DNA of 64,000 nucleotides. Source: Candidatus Pacearchaeota archaeon (GTDB lineage Archaea > Nanobdellota > Nanobdellia > Pacearchaeales > GW2011-AR1). Positions 7,023-16,231 of this stretch are shown piece after piece. How positions within the stretch are numbered: the stretch's first letter is position 1; each line of letters starts with the position of its first letter. The translations under genes were made by a program, and so were the position numbers. The notes below the pieces were generated by a model, which ran no database searches, had not been told where the DNA came from, and saw only the letters and a list, made by a program, of their open reading frames with translations. Location of the stretch: contig JAIFVX010000003.1 of assembly GCA_019659125.1 (NCBI GenBank), positions 807 through 64,806 of the forward strand, given 5' to 3'.

Positions 7023-9641
7023 GTGATAAATTTCAAGAAAATTGCGTCTGTAGTAACGAGCACTTTGATGTTGAGTTCTACGGTGGCTTTGGCCGCTGCA
7101 GCTAACTACCCAGCACCTTTCGTACAGAATGGAGCTGGCAACGTAGCTATAGTTTATGGTTCAAACTTACCAGCAGGATCAACTGACTTAGTAGCTGTTG
7201 CCGAGATCCAAGGATATTTGGCAACACAGCTTGCAAGACAGACAGCAACAGGAGGAACGAGTGTAACTGGTGTTTCAGTTACAGGAGAGGCAGCACCATT
7301 ATTTACAGGAACAAAACTCTATGTAAATGATTCATTGAACGCTGTCAAGACTGTAATGACAAAGACCGAACTGCCAACCGTTTTGGCTTCTGGAACTTTC
7401 TCAGGTAACGTGGATGCAACCTATACTCAAACTATTGATATAGGATCAAACCCACAAGTTACTTTTGCAAAGCAACCAACAAGCTCAGACGACCCACAGT
7501 TTGGACTTACACTGTCAACGAGCACTGCAAACTATCTTTACAACACATCGGTTACCTTCAACAAAGCAATAAACTTCACTCATGCCGACTCCAAGGGAGC
7601 AGATATGACCTTGTTCGGACAGAAGTTTACCGTGGCTTCTTCAACAGATACAACCAACCTAGTGTTGTTGAAAACTGCTGAAAAGATAAGCCTTACCAGC
7701 GATGCACCTTCACAGAAGGTCACCATCGGAGGAAAGGAATACACGATCGAATTAATCTCTGCATCTGACACTTCAGCTACTGTACGAGTTACAGCAAGCG
7801 ATGGAACTTCGGAAACGAAGGAGGTTAATGAGAACAGCTCAAAGAAGGTCAACGGAATCACAGTAGCCGTAACGAACGCTGACGAGACTAACTTAAAGTT
7901 GTCCGCATCAGTAATCGCAGGCGCTGAGAAAGTGACGCTAACAGATGGAAGCGCAGTAGCAATTGGAGAAGACTCCAAAGTAGTTGATGGAACGAAAGTT
8001 ACTCTAACAGGAGGCACTACGGCCACTACCAAAATAACGGTAAGTACCTATGCATCCGACTCAGACCATGACGCACTATTGCCGGGTCAAGAGTTTGTCA
8101 GCCCTACATTCGGAACCTTTAAGATAGACTTCGCTAGCCTTAATGAGCCGGAAAACAGCTCTGCTCGAGAGAACATTAAAATTGTCGCAAGTGGAGATGA
8201 TAAAATGATTGTTGACTTTATGCCAGGATACGCATCAAGCAACAAAGCAATCCAGTTCGCTATCAACAAGAGTACAGGTAGCAGTGGATTCCAACTTCAA
8301 TCCGACAGTGATGGACATAACATCACCGTACAGGAGAGAAGGAAGGCTTTCAAGAACGATTACATCGTTCTTGGAAATGAGGAAAGCGGACGCTTACTAA
8401 AAGTCCAGACCATCACAAACCAGACATCTGGTTACAACCAGGATAAAGTCAGCATGACTGATGTCTTCACAGGAGACACCTATGATGCTACATTAACTGG
8501 TGAAGGATCTGGAAGTATTGTTGTTGGAGGAAAGTCGTATAACCTCATCTATAACGGTACGCCGTCAGATGACTCAAACTTTGTACGATTGAACTATCCA
8601 GACAGTACAGGAAGCGGGGATGTAGTTTTGTTACCAACTTTGAGAACATCAAAGGGAGCAAAAGTTGCATTCTACAAGCCTATCAACAACTTATCGATTG
8701 ATGACTGGGATGGAGACGGAACTGATGCAGCAACGTTGAAATTCCCTAACGGGGATGGATACACGGATGTAGCAACAGTTGCAGGTCTTAACGCAGCAGG
8801 TATCGGAATGACTATTGGAGGCAGCGCGCTTAACGCGTCTCTTCCAGCAGTAACGGCAACTGTAGGTAGATTTACCTACAACTTTACGTATTCCGGTCCT
8901 AACCAAACAACTATTTACTTGCTTTCTCCTGACGGAGGAAACATTGTATCGCCAGCTATTCAGCTTATCGAGGAAAAAGATGACAACTCACAATTCCACG
9001 GAATGGTTGTCACCCTTGAGGGAGCAGGAAGCGGTGATCAAGGAGTAGGAGTTAACGACGTCTCAAGAACCTGGCAAAACGACGCTACCTGGGACCAAAT
9101 TACACTTGCTAGCAATAGCAAGATCAGTAAGGAGGCAGACCTTTACGGTACTATCGTAAGCATAGATTCTTCCGACTCAGACCAGAAATCTACAACCATC
9201 AGTTACCCTGATGAACAAGTTTACGCTAACATATACGCAGCTGAAAAGACTGCAGATATTTCAGGCGGAACAACTTCATCATCTGGAGGATCTGTACGAG
9301 AACTTGGCTCAGTCCTAGTGACTGACAGCGAGGCCTCATCAGTGTCTTCAAAGAATCTGATTGTTGTTGGTGGAAGTTGCGTTAACAAAGTTGCTGCTGA
9401 ATTGCTTGGAGGCTCTCTTTGCGGAGCAGACTTCGAGTCAAAGACAAGCGTTGGATCTGGTTCATTCCTGATTCAGTCGTTCAGTCGATCAAGCGGCGCT
9501 GTTGCAACACTCGTAGCAGGTTACAATGCAGCTGACACAGTCAATGCTGCACGATTCCTAGACACGCACACGGTAGATACTACTGTAGGCAAGAAGTACA
9601 AGGGATCATCTGCAACAAGTGCTGACCTAGTAACAACGTAA
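7023..9641 (+). CDS. S-layer protein (Methanococcales MJ0822-type)
   Basis: GTG start. Signal peptide ...STVALAAAANYPAPFVQNG, Thr/Ser/Gly-rich body, C-terminal LIVVGGSCVNKVAAELLGG ... LVAGYNAADTVNAARFL typical of this family. Confidence 0.7.
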   Translation: MINFKKIASVVTSTLMLSSTVALAAAANYPAPFVQNGAGNVAIVYGSNLPAGSTDLVAVAEIQGYLATQLARQTATGGTSVTGVSVTGEAAPLFTGTKLYVNDSLNAVKTVMTKTELPTVLASGTFSGNVDATYTQTIDIGSNPQVTFAKQPTSSDDPQFGLTLSTSTANYLYNTSVTFNKAINFTHADSKGADMTLFGQKFTVASSTDTTNLVLLKTAEKISLTSDAPSQKVTIGGKEYTIELISASDTSATVRVTASDGTSETKEVNENSSKKVNGITVAVTNADETNLKLSASVIAGAEKVTLTDGSAVAIGEDSKVVDGTKVTLTGGTTATTKITVSTYASDSDHDALLPGQEFVSPTFGTFKIDFASLNEPENSSARENIKIVASGDDKMIVDFMPGYASSNKAIQFAINKSTGSSGFQLQSDSDGHNITVQERRKAFKNDYIVLGNEESGRLLKVQTITNQTSGYNQDKVSMTDVFTGDTYDATLTGEGSGSIVVGGKSYNLIYNGTPSDDSNFVRLNYPDSTGSGDVVLLPTLRTSKGAKVAFYKPINNLSIDDWDGDGTDAATLKFPNGDGYTDVATVAGLNAAGIGMTIGGSALNASLPAVTATVGRFTYNFTYSGPNQTTIYLLSPDGGNIVSPAIQLIEEKDDNSQFHGMVVTLEGAGSGDQGVGVNDVSRTWQNDATWDQITLASNSKISKEADLYGTIVSIDSSDSDQKSTTISYPDEQVYANIYAAEKTADISGGTTSSSGGSVRELGSVLVTDSEASSVSSKNLIVVGGSCVNKVAAELLGGSLCGADFESKTSVGSGSFLIQSFSRSSGAVATLVAGYNAADTVNAARFLDTHTVDTTVGKKYKGSSATSADLVTT

Positions 9642-9648
9642 GCAAAAA

Positions 9649-9680
9649 TTTTATTTTTTTATTTTTCTTTCTTTCTATAT
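9649..9680 (+). terminator. Oligo-T tract after the S-layer gene
   Basis: ttttatttttttatttttctttctttct immediately after the TAA. Archaeal terminators are T-runs. Confidence 0.5.
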
Positions 9681-9710
9681 ATTTTTAAACACTAGATGTT
9701 TCACTGAAAT

Positions 9711-10241
9711 ATGAGATCAATAGAGACTACGGAATTGAAGGAAGAACGGCAGAAAAAGAAAGCCAGGCTTATCAGTGCATTGCTTCTTCTTATGCTTTTA
9801 GGAAGCGTTGCAGGATATGCCTTCCTCTCACAAGGCGATACGGCTGCGCCTGCTGCTCCTCCAGCCCAAAATGGACAATTTACTACTGACTATCAGGGGA
9901 CACAGCTTGCATTTACAAGCCCTCCTAGCTCTGTAACAGCCATTCAAGCTCCCTATGTAACCATAAATCAATATGCTGGAAAGCCGCTCTATATAGTGTC
10001 CGATAGTGAAGCAATCACCTATGAAATATCTTCAACATTGGGAAGGTATGTCGCCCGCTGGCAGCCTGCATGTTATGGAAACTGCACTGAAGACCTGCCA
10101 AGCAAGGACTGCACGGAAAATCTTATTGTGTGGAACCAGTCTGATGAAAACAAGATCTCTCAACAAGACTCATGCGTTTTCATTGATGGAGATATTAGAG
10201 CCGTCGACGCATTTTTGTATAAAGTCTTTGGAATCCAGTAG
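9711..10241 (+). CDS. N-terminally anchored secreted protein, unknown function
   Basis: Basic N-terminus plus one TM helix (ARLISALLLLMLLGSVAGYAFL). Cys-containing ectodomain. Confidence 0.5.
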   Translation: MRSIETTELKEERQKKKARLISALLLLMLLGSVAGYAFLSQGDTAAPAAPPAQNGQFTTDYQGTQLAFTSPPSSVTAIQAPYVTINQYAGKPLYIVSDSEAITYEISSTLGRYVARWQPACYGNCTEDLPSKDCTENLIVWNQSDENKISQQDSCVFIDGDIRAVDAFLYKVFGIQ

Positions 10242-10275
10242 AAACCTTTAAAATGCGCTGGACATTTTATTATCT

Positions 10276-10914
10276 ATGAAGAAAGTCGTTAAAAAAGAAA
10301 ATAGCTCAAGGAGAAGGTTATACTGGATTGTTGGAACAATTGTCGTCCTTGTTGCCGTTTATCTTGCCACATCATATATCATCAGGGGCATGACTCAGTT
10401 CACCTATGAAGGCTTGACCTTCACGAAAGAGACCCAGTATGGCGTTCCCTTTTTCCACCACTATTATTACTTTACAGACTCCCATGGGCAGCTGACAAAA
10501 TACAACCTTTACTTGAGGAATGATCCTCGTACCAATACTGTCCCAGTCAGTGGAAGAGTCCTTTTCAATTTCAATAGAAAAATCTATCTAGGGATTAATA
10601 TCTCGGATCTCGCAGCATGCAGTAACAGCTCGCTTGCGGTCGCCGAGCTCTCATCATTCCTTACCGATAATGAGTTTCAGGTAACAGCAGGAGTACCTGA
10701 CAAGCAACAGGCACAAGAACTGAACCAGACCTATGTATCATGCACTCAATTCTTGGGGAATACAGTCATTATGCTTGAGGGTGGGGAAAACAGTTCCATT
10801 GTAGGAAAGAATGGGTGCTATAAACTCACCGTTTCGCAATGTAAGATCCTTCCCGTCGTGGAAAAGTTCAAAATCCGCGCGTTGCTCGATTCGAGAAACA
10901 CTACTTCTTCCTAA
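10276..10914 (+). CDS. N-terminally anchored secreted protein, unknown function
   Basis: TM helix LYWIVGTIVVLVAVYLATSYII. TATA-like tttaaaat at 10248-10255, ~25 nt upstream. Confidence 0.5.
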   Translation: MKKVVKKENSSRRRLYWIVGTIVVLVAVYLATSYIIRGMTQFTYEGLTFTKETQYGVPFFHHYYYFTDSHGQLTKYNLYLRNDPRTNTVPVSGRVLFNFNRKIYLGINISDLAACSNSSLAVAELSSFLTDNEFQVTAGVPDKQQAQELNQTYVSCTQFLGNTVIMLEGGENSSIVGKNGCYKLTVSQCKILPVVEKFKIRALLDSRNTTSS

Positions 10915-11503
10915 GCAACTCTATAGCTGGAGGGATAAAAGAAAGGATAATAACGATAAGTGTAACAAGTGAGAGATGCCCCTTGATTATCGGGATTGTT
11001 CCAAAGAAATATCCTCCAAATAAGAAGAGGCCCACCCATGTTATTCCTCCGAAGACATTATATCTTAAGAATTTTTTGTATTCCATGCTTCCCAGACCTG
11101 CGACGAATGGTGCAAAGGTCCTTATAATGGGCACAAACCGTGCCAGGACAATTGTCTTGGCTCCATGCTTATGATAGAAGGCATTTGTTTTGTCGATGTA
11201 TTCCTTCTTAAGCTTTGCTATCACTTTCTTCCCGAACGTATTTCCAACCCAGTAATTGACGGTGTCGCCTCCTATAGCTGCAAGAGAAAGCAGCACAAAC
11301 GCTGCTAGCACGACTCCTGGTCGCGCCGCAAGGGTGGCGCCTGCAACAAAGATAATTGAATCTCCCGGAAGAAACGGGGCAAATACAAGGCCAGTCTCAC
11401 AGAAAATAACAAGGATAAGAACACCAAGAGCTACATAGAGCCCATGTCCTGCGATAAAAGAATTAAGATAGGTATCTGTGTGAATGAGAAAGTCGAGAAT
11501 CAT
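10901..11503 (-). CDS. DedA family (VTT domain) membrane protein
   Basis: FAPFLPGDSIIFVAGA ... NYWVG ... FVPIIRTFAPFVAG pattern. Confidence 0.75.
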   Translation of the reverse strand: MILDFLIHTDTYLNSFIAGHGLYVALGVLILVIFCETGLVFAPFLPGDSIIFVAGATLAARPGVVLAAFVLLSLAAIGGDTVNYWVGNTFGKKVIAKLKKEYIDKTNAFYHKHGAKTIVLARFVPIIRTFAPFVAGLGSMEYKKFLRYNVFGGITWVGLFLFGGYFFGTIPIIKGHLSLVTLIVIILSFIPPAIELLRKK

Positions 11504-12021
11504 GATCTCCTCGTTATATCTGTAACAATGTTCATGACGTCCGTATATATGGGGATTTCACGAATCCTGAAGAGGAAAACGTTGGCAAACCATATGAGGA
11601 TAAGAAGAATCGTGCTTCCAAAGTACCAGAAGAGCTCGTGAGCAGTATCAAAGTATTGTGATCCTTGACGAGCAAGATGTGTGAATATAATGATCCGCAA
11701 GACATTCAAGAATAGGAATGAAAGGATAATGAAAAGTAGGCTGTAGAACCTTTTACGTGACTTCATAGGGGTTGATAAGTTCAAAACAAAGAGAAGATAG
11801 TAGGCTGCGCCTGCAATACAGGCAGGGATAAGCTCGATATAGATGCCTTGAACGAATATCGTTGCAGTCCCTTTAATAAGAATTGCTGATGGTAATCCAA
11901 GGGTTACAAGATGAAGCGTTATGGGGGAGAAAACTGCATAAATGACAGCAAGATTAAAAAGCGCAAGAAGTACCAAGGTCATGTATCGAGTAAGAAGGTA
12001 GATCATTTCCTTATCTTTCAT
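11500..12021 (-). CDS. Short exosortase/archaeosortase-family membrane protein (candidate)
   Basis: Polytopic, 173 aa. Candidate catalytic residues in family order: IPACIAG (Cys), LNVLRI (Arg), DTAHELF (His). Transcribed immediately downstream of (3' to) a surface-protein gene with a C-terminal sorting-type tail. Confidence 0.55.
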   Translation of the reverse strand: MKDKEMIYLLTRYMTLVLLALFNLAVIYAVFSPITLHLVTLGLPSAILIKGTATIFVQGIYIELIPACIAGAAYYLLFVLNLSTPMKSRKRFYSLLFIILSFLFLNVLRIIIFTHLARQGSQYFDTAHELFWYFGSTILLILIWFANVFLFRIREIPIYTDVMNIVTDITRRS

Positions 12022-12051
12022 TCAAACAAGAAGCGAAGACTCTTTAATAAC

Positions 12052-13689
12052 TTAACTTCGCTGTGAGAGCCGTACTGCAACAACAATGATGAGGACGATA
12101 AGAACAACGTTAATTATTCCAATAACCCAGATTAATGGATTGCCTGAAAGTGATCCTAATGAGAACCCTTGTGCTCCTGCAATTGAAACAACAACATCCT
12201 TTGATTGTGTTGATGCCCCTGATTGTGCATCAATGGTGAATGTCTTGTCTCCTGAAGCTGCATTGTCTACCGTGAACTTAAGTGTAATATCCTTTGATTC
12301 TCCAGCAGAAAGCGTTACAACTCGGTCTGAGATTGAATCCAGACTTGCCCAAGCATCGTAACCCTTTACATTGACAATTTCAGTCTGAGAGCTTGTTCCC
12401 CTGTTTGTCAGGGTCACTTTGACAGTCATAGGCTGCCCTGCCTTCGCATCTGACTCAAGAGAAGCGCTGATAACAACAGGGTTTGTTCCAGATCCTGAAC
12501 CGGTTCCCGTTGTTGCGCATCCAGCTACTTTTAATGGAACTATTGTCGCCTCATCTGAAGATTCTCGATAGACCCCATTGTTGTAATCGTAGTCTGCTCG
12601 AAGCTCAATGTTGTAGGTCTTGTCCGAAGCTGATCGAGGGACATTGAAGGTGAATCTGATGTTTGAACGGTCTCCCTGGTCAAGATCCTGTCGTATTTCC
12701 CGTACAAGGTCAACGCCAAGTTCTCTGTTCACTGCAGTTACTCGTGTCTGGTCCTGGTCCTCATCGCCGACATTCACCGCATCAAAGCTTAAATCAACAG
12801 AGTCACCGCACGTTGCAGTGTTTGGATTAAGAGATACATCGGTGAATGCAATGAACTTGCCCTCATCGCTTTCCTGGTCTATTGAGATTGAATCGTAAAT
12901 CTGATTTGTGTCAAAATCCTCTGCACGGTCAACACACATGTTTGACTCTCCAAGCTTTGTGCTGTATGCCTTTACTGTAAGTTTGTAGTCGCCAGAGGAT
13001 ATGTCTGCAGGAACCGTGAACTCAAAGGTGGCTGTCTCTCGGTCTCCGTCATTGATTCTTCCCAAACTAATAGTTTCCTCATCAGTGTTTGAGAAGTCGA
13101 GGTCTCCAACCTGGTTTCGTCCTTCTGAATCAAACAATCCAAGCTTTACATCAACATCAGATATATCCTTGTCTCCCGTGTTCCTTACTCGAACTTCTAT
13201 GGTAATCTTGTCAAGAGGCTGCCAGTCCTGGTCGTCGCCCTCTCCCTCATTGCTAATATCTATTGAATCGAGCGTCAGGTTTCCACCTGCAGGCCCGCTT
13301 CGGCAGAAGGTGTTTTCCGTCGTTAAGCCAAGAACATTAGATTCTATTAGCGTTGAATTAGCGGCTGTGTCCGTTCCTTTTGCCTTGACCGTAGCAGTCT
13401 GAGAGCCAAATCGAGTGTCAGTTGAAAGTTTCGTTACACTAATTAATGTGGAACTGTTAGAAGAAAGAGATGCAATAGTAGTAGGTGAGATCTGCACCCC
13501 AGATACTTCGAAAGTTATGCCTGTCACAGTTCCATTTCCAGTGTTTGTTACATTAATGCTTGTAAGGCTCGTGCTGTTAGTTAGTGTTGAAGGTCCTACA
13601 AGCTGAAGCGATAGTGCTGCGCTTGAAAGACTAAGAGTAAGAACTGCTAAAACCGTGAATGCGAATAATGAAAGTAATGTGCGTTTCAT
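12052..13689 (-). CDS. Secreted CARDB-repeat surface protein with C-terminal TM plus basic tail
   Basis: Start moved to ATG (MKRTLLSLFAFTVLAVLTLSLSSA). CARDB-like repeats (ITIEVRVRNTGDKDISDVDVKLGLFD). Many NxS/T sequons. C-terminus ...SGNPLIWVIGIINVVLIVLIIVVAVRLSQRS. Confidence 0.65.
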   Translation of the reverse strand: MKRTLLSLFAFTVLAVLTLSLSSAALSLQLVGPSTLTNSTSLTSINVTNTGNGTVTGITFEVSGVQISPTTIASLSSNSSTLISVTKLSTDTRFGSQTATVKAKGTDTAANSTLIESNVLGLTTENTFCRSGPAGGNLTLDSIDISNEGEGDDQDWQPLDKITIEVRVRNTGDKDISDVDVKLGLFDSEGRNQVGDLDFSNTDEETISLGRINDGDRETATFEFTVPADISSGDYKLTVKAYSTKLGESNMCVDRAEDFDTNQIYDSISIDQESDEGKFIAFTDVSLNPNTATCGDSVDLSFDAVNVGDEDQDQTRVTAVNRELGVDLVREIRQDLDQGDRSNIRFTFNVPRSASDKTYNIELRADYDYNNGVYRESSDEATIVPLKVAGCATTGTGSGSGTNPVVISASLESDAKAGQPMTVKVTLTNRGTSSQTEIVNVKGYDAWASLDSISDRVVTLSAGESKDITLKFTVDNAASGDKTFTIDAQSGASTQSKDVVVSIAGAQGFSLGSLSGNPLIWVIGIINVVLIVLIIVVAVRLSQRS

Positions 13690-13773
13690 TTTATTGTTGT
13701 AACTGGTCAATTACACTACTTTATAAACTTTTCTGTTCTGGAGAACAAACATTATTTAAATGAAATACTCCTT

Positions 13774-14160
13774 ATGTATATGAGAATGATACGTTCACGA
13801 GAGAATCTTATTGGCGCCTGGGCATTTCTCGTTGGAGTATTATTGTCTGTTGGCGTCGGTCTTTTCTCTGTTTTTGCAGGCAAGACAGTCAACCAGGTCA
13901 TTCTTGGTATCCTTGCTATCCTCGGCATTGTCGCAGGCTATTTCGTATCTGAACGGGAAGCCAAAACATTCCTTATTGCCTCAGTCTCCCTTGTTATTGT
14001 CAGTTATGCAGGTATATCCGGTCTTGTGCTGAGTGCTGCAATAGCAGGCATAGACATAGGGAAGATCATATCCTCCACGCTTGGTGCATTATTAATGCTC
14101 TTCGTACCTGCAGCAGTCATTGTTGCATTAAAGACCGTATTTTCAATCTCAACGAGCTAA
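13774..14160 (+). CDS. Membrane protein (about 4 TM), unknown
   Basis: Hydrophobic ORF. The start may be ATG 13780 or 13786, given the TATA-like ttatttaaat at 13753-13762. Confidence 0.45.
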   Translation: MYMRMIRSRENLIGAWAFLVGVLLSVGVGLFSVFAGKTVNQVILGILAILGIVAGYFVSEREAKTFLIASVSLVIVSYAGISGLVLSAAIAGIDIGKIISSTLGALLMLFVPAAVIVALKTVFSISTS

Positions 14161-14200
14161 TTATATAAATCTTTATTAATATAAAAGAGAACATAAAGGC

Positions 14201-14542
14201 ATGAGAGAGCATACTCTAGGTAATTTAGTTACCCTGATAAATGATAATAGGCAATATGATGAAGCTACACTTTCTGCTAGAGCTAGCGCCTATACGAGCA
14301 ACTCTATTGATAGCACATTATTTACATACACAGGAAGCATGAGGTTACGAATCCCAGGGCCGGGCAAGGACAGCCAGTATGAAATGGTCTTTAAGACCGA
14401 TACAAACTCAGGCTCATTCCCGTTCAGAGTTAATGGAAAGATATATGATGAAGCGCGCGGCGACAGAAGAGCAATCATCATACCGACAATACCAAAAGGA
14501 TCGGTCTTTATACTTGAGAATATCGAAGATATTAAGTTCTAA
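14201..14542 (+). CDS. Hypothetical protein
   Basis: ORF only. Confidence 0.35.
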   Translation: MREHTLGNLVTLINDNRQYDEATLSARASAYTSNSIDSTLFTYTGSMRLRIPGPGKDSQYEMVFKTDTNSGSFPFRVNGKIYDEARGDRRAIIIPTIPKGSVFILENIEDIKF

Positions 14543-14556
14543 TTTTTAGAATAGAA

Positions 14557-14937
14557 TTATTCGTGGATAAAGTCCGTCTTCTCTTTGCCCTTTGCAAGAG
14601 GAGCCTTATGGATCTCAGCAAAGGATGGTGTTGCAATGATTGTGTTGTCTCCGAAGCCTGCAATTGAGCCCTCTAATGCATCAACTGTCTTCTTTATCTT
14701 TGCAATTGCTCGCTTCAATTCAATGATATCCTTGGTCTTCAGCGTCTTGATGTCAATAACTGCAATGGTATAGCCTTCCCTTAATGAATTGAGAATATCA
14801 TTTATGTCGTCAAACTGTCGTAGAACAAAAGGCTTTACAACAACCTTGCTTTCTTTTGGTACAGAAGTGTTAAGGTCTATCTCGACATAGTCTGCGCCTT
14901 CCTCTTTTCCAAATAACTTTCTTAAGTTAAATGCCAT
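14557..14937 (-). CDS. sepF: Cell division protein SepF (FtsZ membrane anchor)
   Basis: N-terminal amphipathic MAFNLRKLFGK, then a DUF552 core VVVKPFVLRQFDDINDILNSLREGYTIAVIDIKTL... Confidence 0.75.
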   Translation of the reverse strand: MAFNLRKLFGKEEGADYVEIDLNTSVPKESKVVVKPFVLRQFDDINDILNSLREGYTIAVIDIKTLKTKDIIELKRAIAKIKKTVDALEGSIAGFGDNTIIATPSFAEIHKAPLAKGKEKTDFIHE

Positions 14938-15008
14938 GGTACTTCTTGCATGAGTGGGTATATAAATATTGCTGTGTTTTGCACATCTATTTATCTTCCA
15001 GGTGAATT

Positions 15009-15344
15009 TTATCTTTTTTCCTTAGAATTCTTTTCCATTGAGGAGTTAATTTCCTTCCTCAGCGTCAAAGCTTGCGTATTCACAAGGTTTTCCTGCTTTT
15101 CTATCGACGTAACACGAAGATCAAGCACTTTTTTCTTCTCCTCAAGTTCAGACGTAAGTTTTTTCTTGTCAGATCGAAGCATAATGCCTCCAAGAACCCT
15201 ATACACCTCGTCATCAGCATGTTTTAATTCCTCTAAGGCGTTTAAAATCTCATTCAATTCCATCTGATGGGACTGTTTTTGCATTAATAATGCTTGTAAG
15301 TTCTGCTCAAGAAGCTGAAGCTCCTCTATCTTCTGCTGAATCAT
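15009..15344 (-). CDS. pfdB: Prefoldin beta subunit
   Basis: Coiled coil - beta hairpin - coiled coil layout: QQKIEELQLLEQNLQ...VYRVLGGIMLRSDKKKL... Confidence 0.75.
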   Translation of the reverse strand: MIQQKIEELQLLEQNLQALLMQKQSHQMELNEILNALEELKHADDEVYRVLGGIMLRSDKKKLTSELEEKKKVLDLRVTSIEKQENLVNTQALTLRKEINSSMEKNSKEKR

Positions 15345-15478
15345 AGTGCCTTCAACTTGACAATTTGGGTCCGAGGCTTATAGAATATCTTTGAACCGCA
15401 GTGAGGGCAGACGAACCGCTTCTCAAGAACTTTGCTGCTTATCGGCTTCTCGCATTTGAAACATTTGTATTGTGCCAT
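15341..15478 (-). CDS. rpoP: DNA-directed RNA polymerase subunit P (Rpo12)
   Basis: Not in ORF track (45 aa). My translation: MAQYKCFKCEKPISSKVLEKRFVCPHCGSKIFYKPRTQIVKLKAL. CxxC...CxxC zinc ribbon and a K-x-R-x(n)-VKA tail as in RpoP. ATGA overlap with the prefoldin start. Confidence 0.8.
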   Translation of the reverse strand: MAQYKCFKCEKPISSKVLEKRFVCPHCGSKIFYKPRTQIVKLKAL

Positions 15479-15559
15479 AGTAATATGTAAATTGTAGATT
15501 TTTAAATCTATTGCTTTGCAGCACCATAATTATTAAGAGCTGCACATGTATAAAAGAAT

Positions 15560-15844
15560 ATGGTTGCCTTAGTAGAGAAGAAAAGTGATGAGTACACAGC
15601 AGGTGAAATGGTCGGGTATAAAGAGGGAAACGCCCTGTGTAAAGTACAAATAGTAAAAAACAAGAGCGATAAAGATTACGAGAGATATGATCTACGGCTT
15701 GTTGAAATCTATAGAAAAGCACCTCTTTTTGAAGAGGGAGATATAGGAGATGAATGGGACTACCTTAGGAGCAAGATTGGTGGAGGAGCTCCTGGTATGG
15801 GTTATCTATTCCCATTATCAGATCTAGAATCAATGCTGAAATAA
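15560..15844 (+). CDS. Hypothetical protein
   Basis: ORF only. Confidence 0.35.
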   Translation: MVALVEKKSDEYTAGEMVGYKEGNALCKVQIVKNKSDKDYERYDLRLVEIYRKAPLFEEGDIGDEWDYLRSKIGGGAPGMGYLFPLSDLESMLK

Positions 15845-16072
15845 TTATTTCTTTGCATTAAGGAAGTACGCATCGCCTGCAAAGATCTTGCCCGTTTTGA
15901 CGCATCTCCATATGCCCATGGCAATCCTCTTTACCTTTCCCTTTGGATAGAATGGTGATGTCTGTCGTACTCTTTGTTGTTTCTCAATAGCATTATAGTT
16001 CTTTTTAACTCGTGTTCCATATCCTGCACCGTACTTGCCGAATGCCTGGGATTTCTTTGTTTTCGTTGCCAT
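15845..16072 (-). CDS. rpl37ae: Ribosomal protein L37Ae (eL43), zinc-ribbon cysteines mostly lost
   Basis: FGKYGAGYGTRVKK ... VKRIAMGIWRCVKTGKIFAGDAY matches the eL43 pattern. The CPxC position reads SPFYPKG and the CxxC position reads CVKTG. Confidence 0.75.
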   Translation of the reverse strand: MATKTKKSQAFGKYGAGYGTRVKKNYNAIEKQQRVRQTSPFYPKGKVKRIAMGIWRCVKTGKIFAGDAYFLNAKK

Positions 16073-16118
16073 AATTTAAGGTATAAAGAGGGCTTTTTAA
16101 AATGTTCTATTAATAAAA

Positions 16119-16193
16119 TGGGGATACCCAGATTTGAACTGGGATCGCCTGCTCCCAAAGCAGGAAGCTTAAACCAGGTTGGCCCATATCCCC
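16119..16193 (-). tRNA. tRNA-Pro (anticodon UGG)
   Basis: Hand-folded 75 nt: acceptor GGGGATA/TATCCCC, anticodon stem CCTGC/GCAGG with loop TTTGGGA, T arm CCCAG-TTCAAAT-CTGGG. No encoded CCA. Confidence 0.85.
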
Positions 16194-16217
16194 ATTCCAT
16201 GAAATGGCGAATGAGGG

Positions 16218-16225
16218 TATTTAAC
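16218..16225 (-). promoter_or_regulatory. TATA-like box for tRNA-Pro
   Basis: Minus-strand aaaggttaaata is centred ~28 nt upstream of the tRNA 5' end. Confidence 0.5.
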
Positions 16226-16231
16226 CTTTAC

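Noticed and set aside
7580-8906. Several antisense or alternative-frame ORFs inside the S-layer gene (7580..8032, 8087..8269, 8209..8400, 8691..8906)
   Set aside because: They lie fully inside a strongly supported 872-aa gene and are typical shadow ORFs of a compositionally biased gene.
12086-13606. Plus-strand ORFs antisense to the CARDB surface protein gene
   Set aside because: They are Ser/Thr/Pro-rich mirror products of the real minus-strand gene and have no independent signals.
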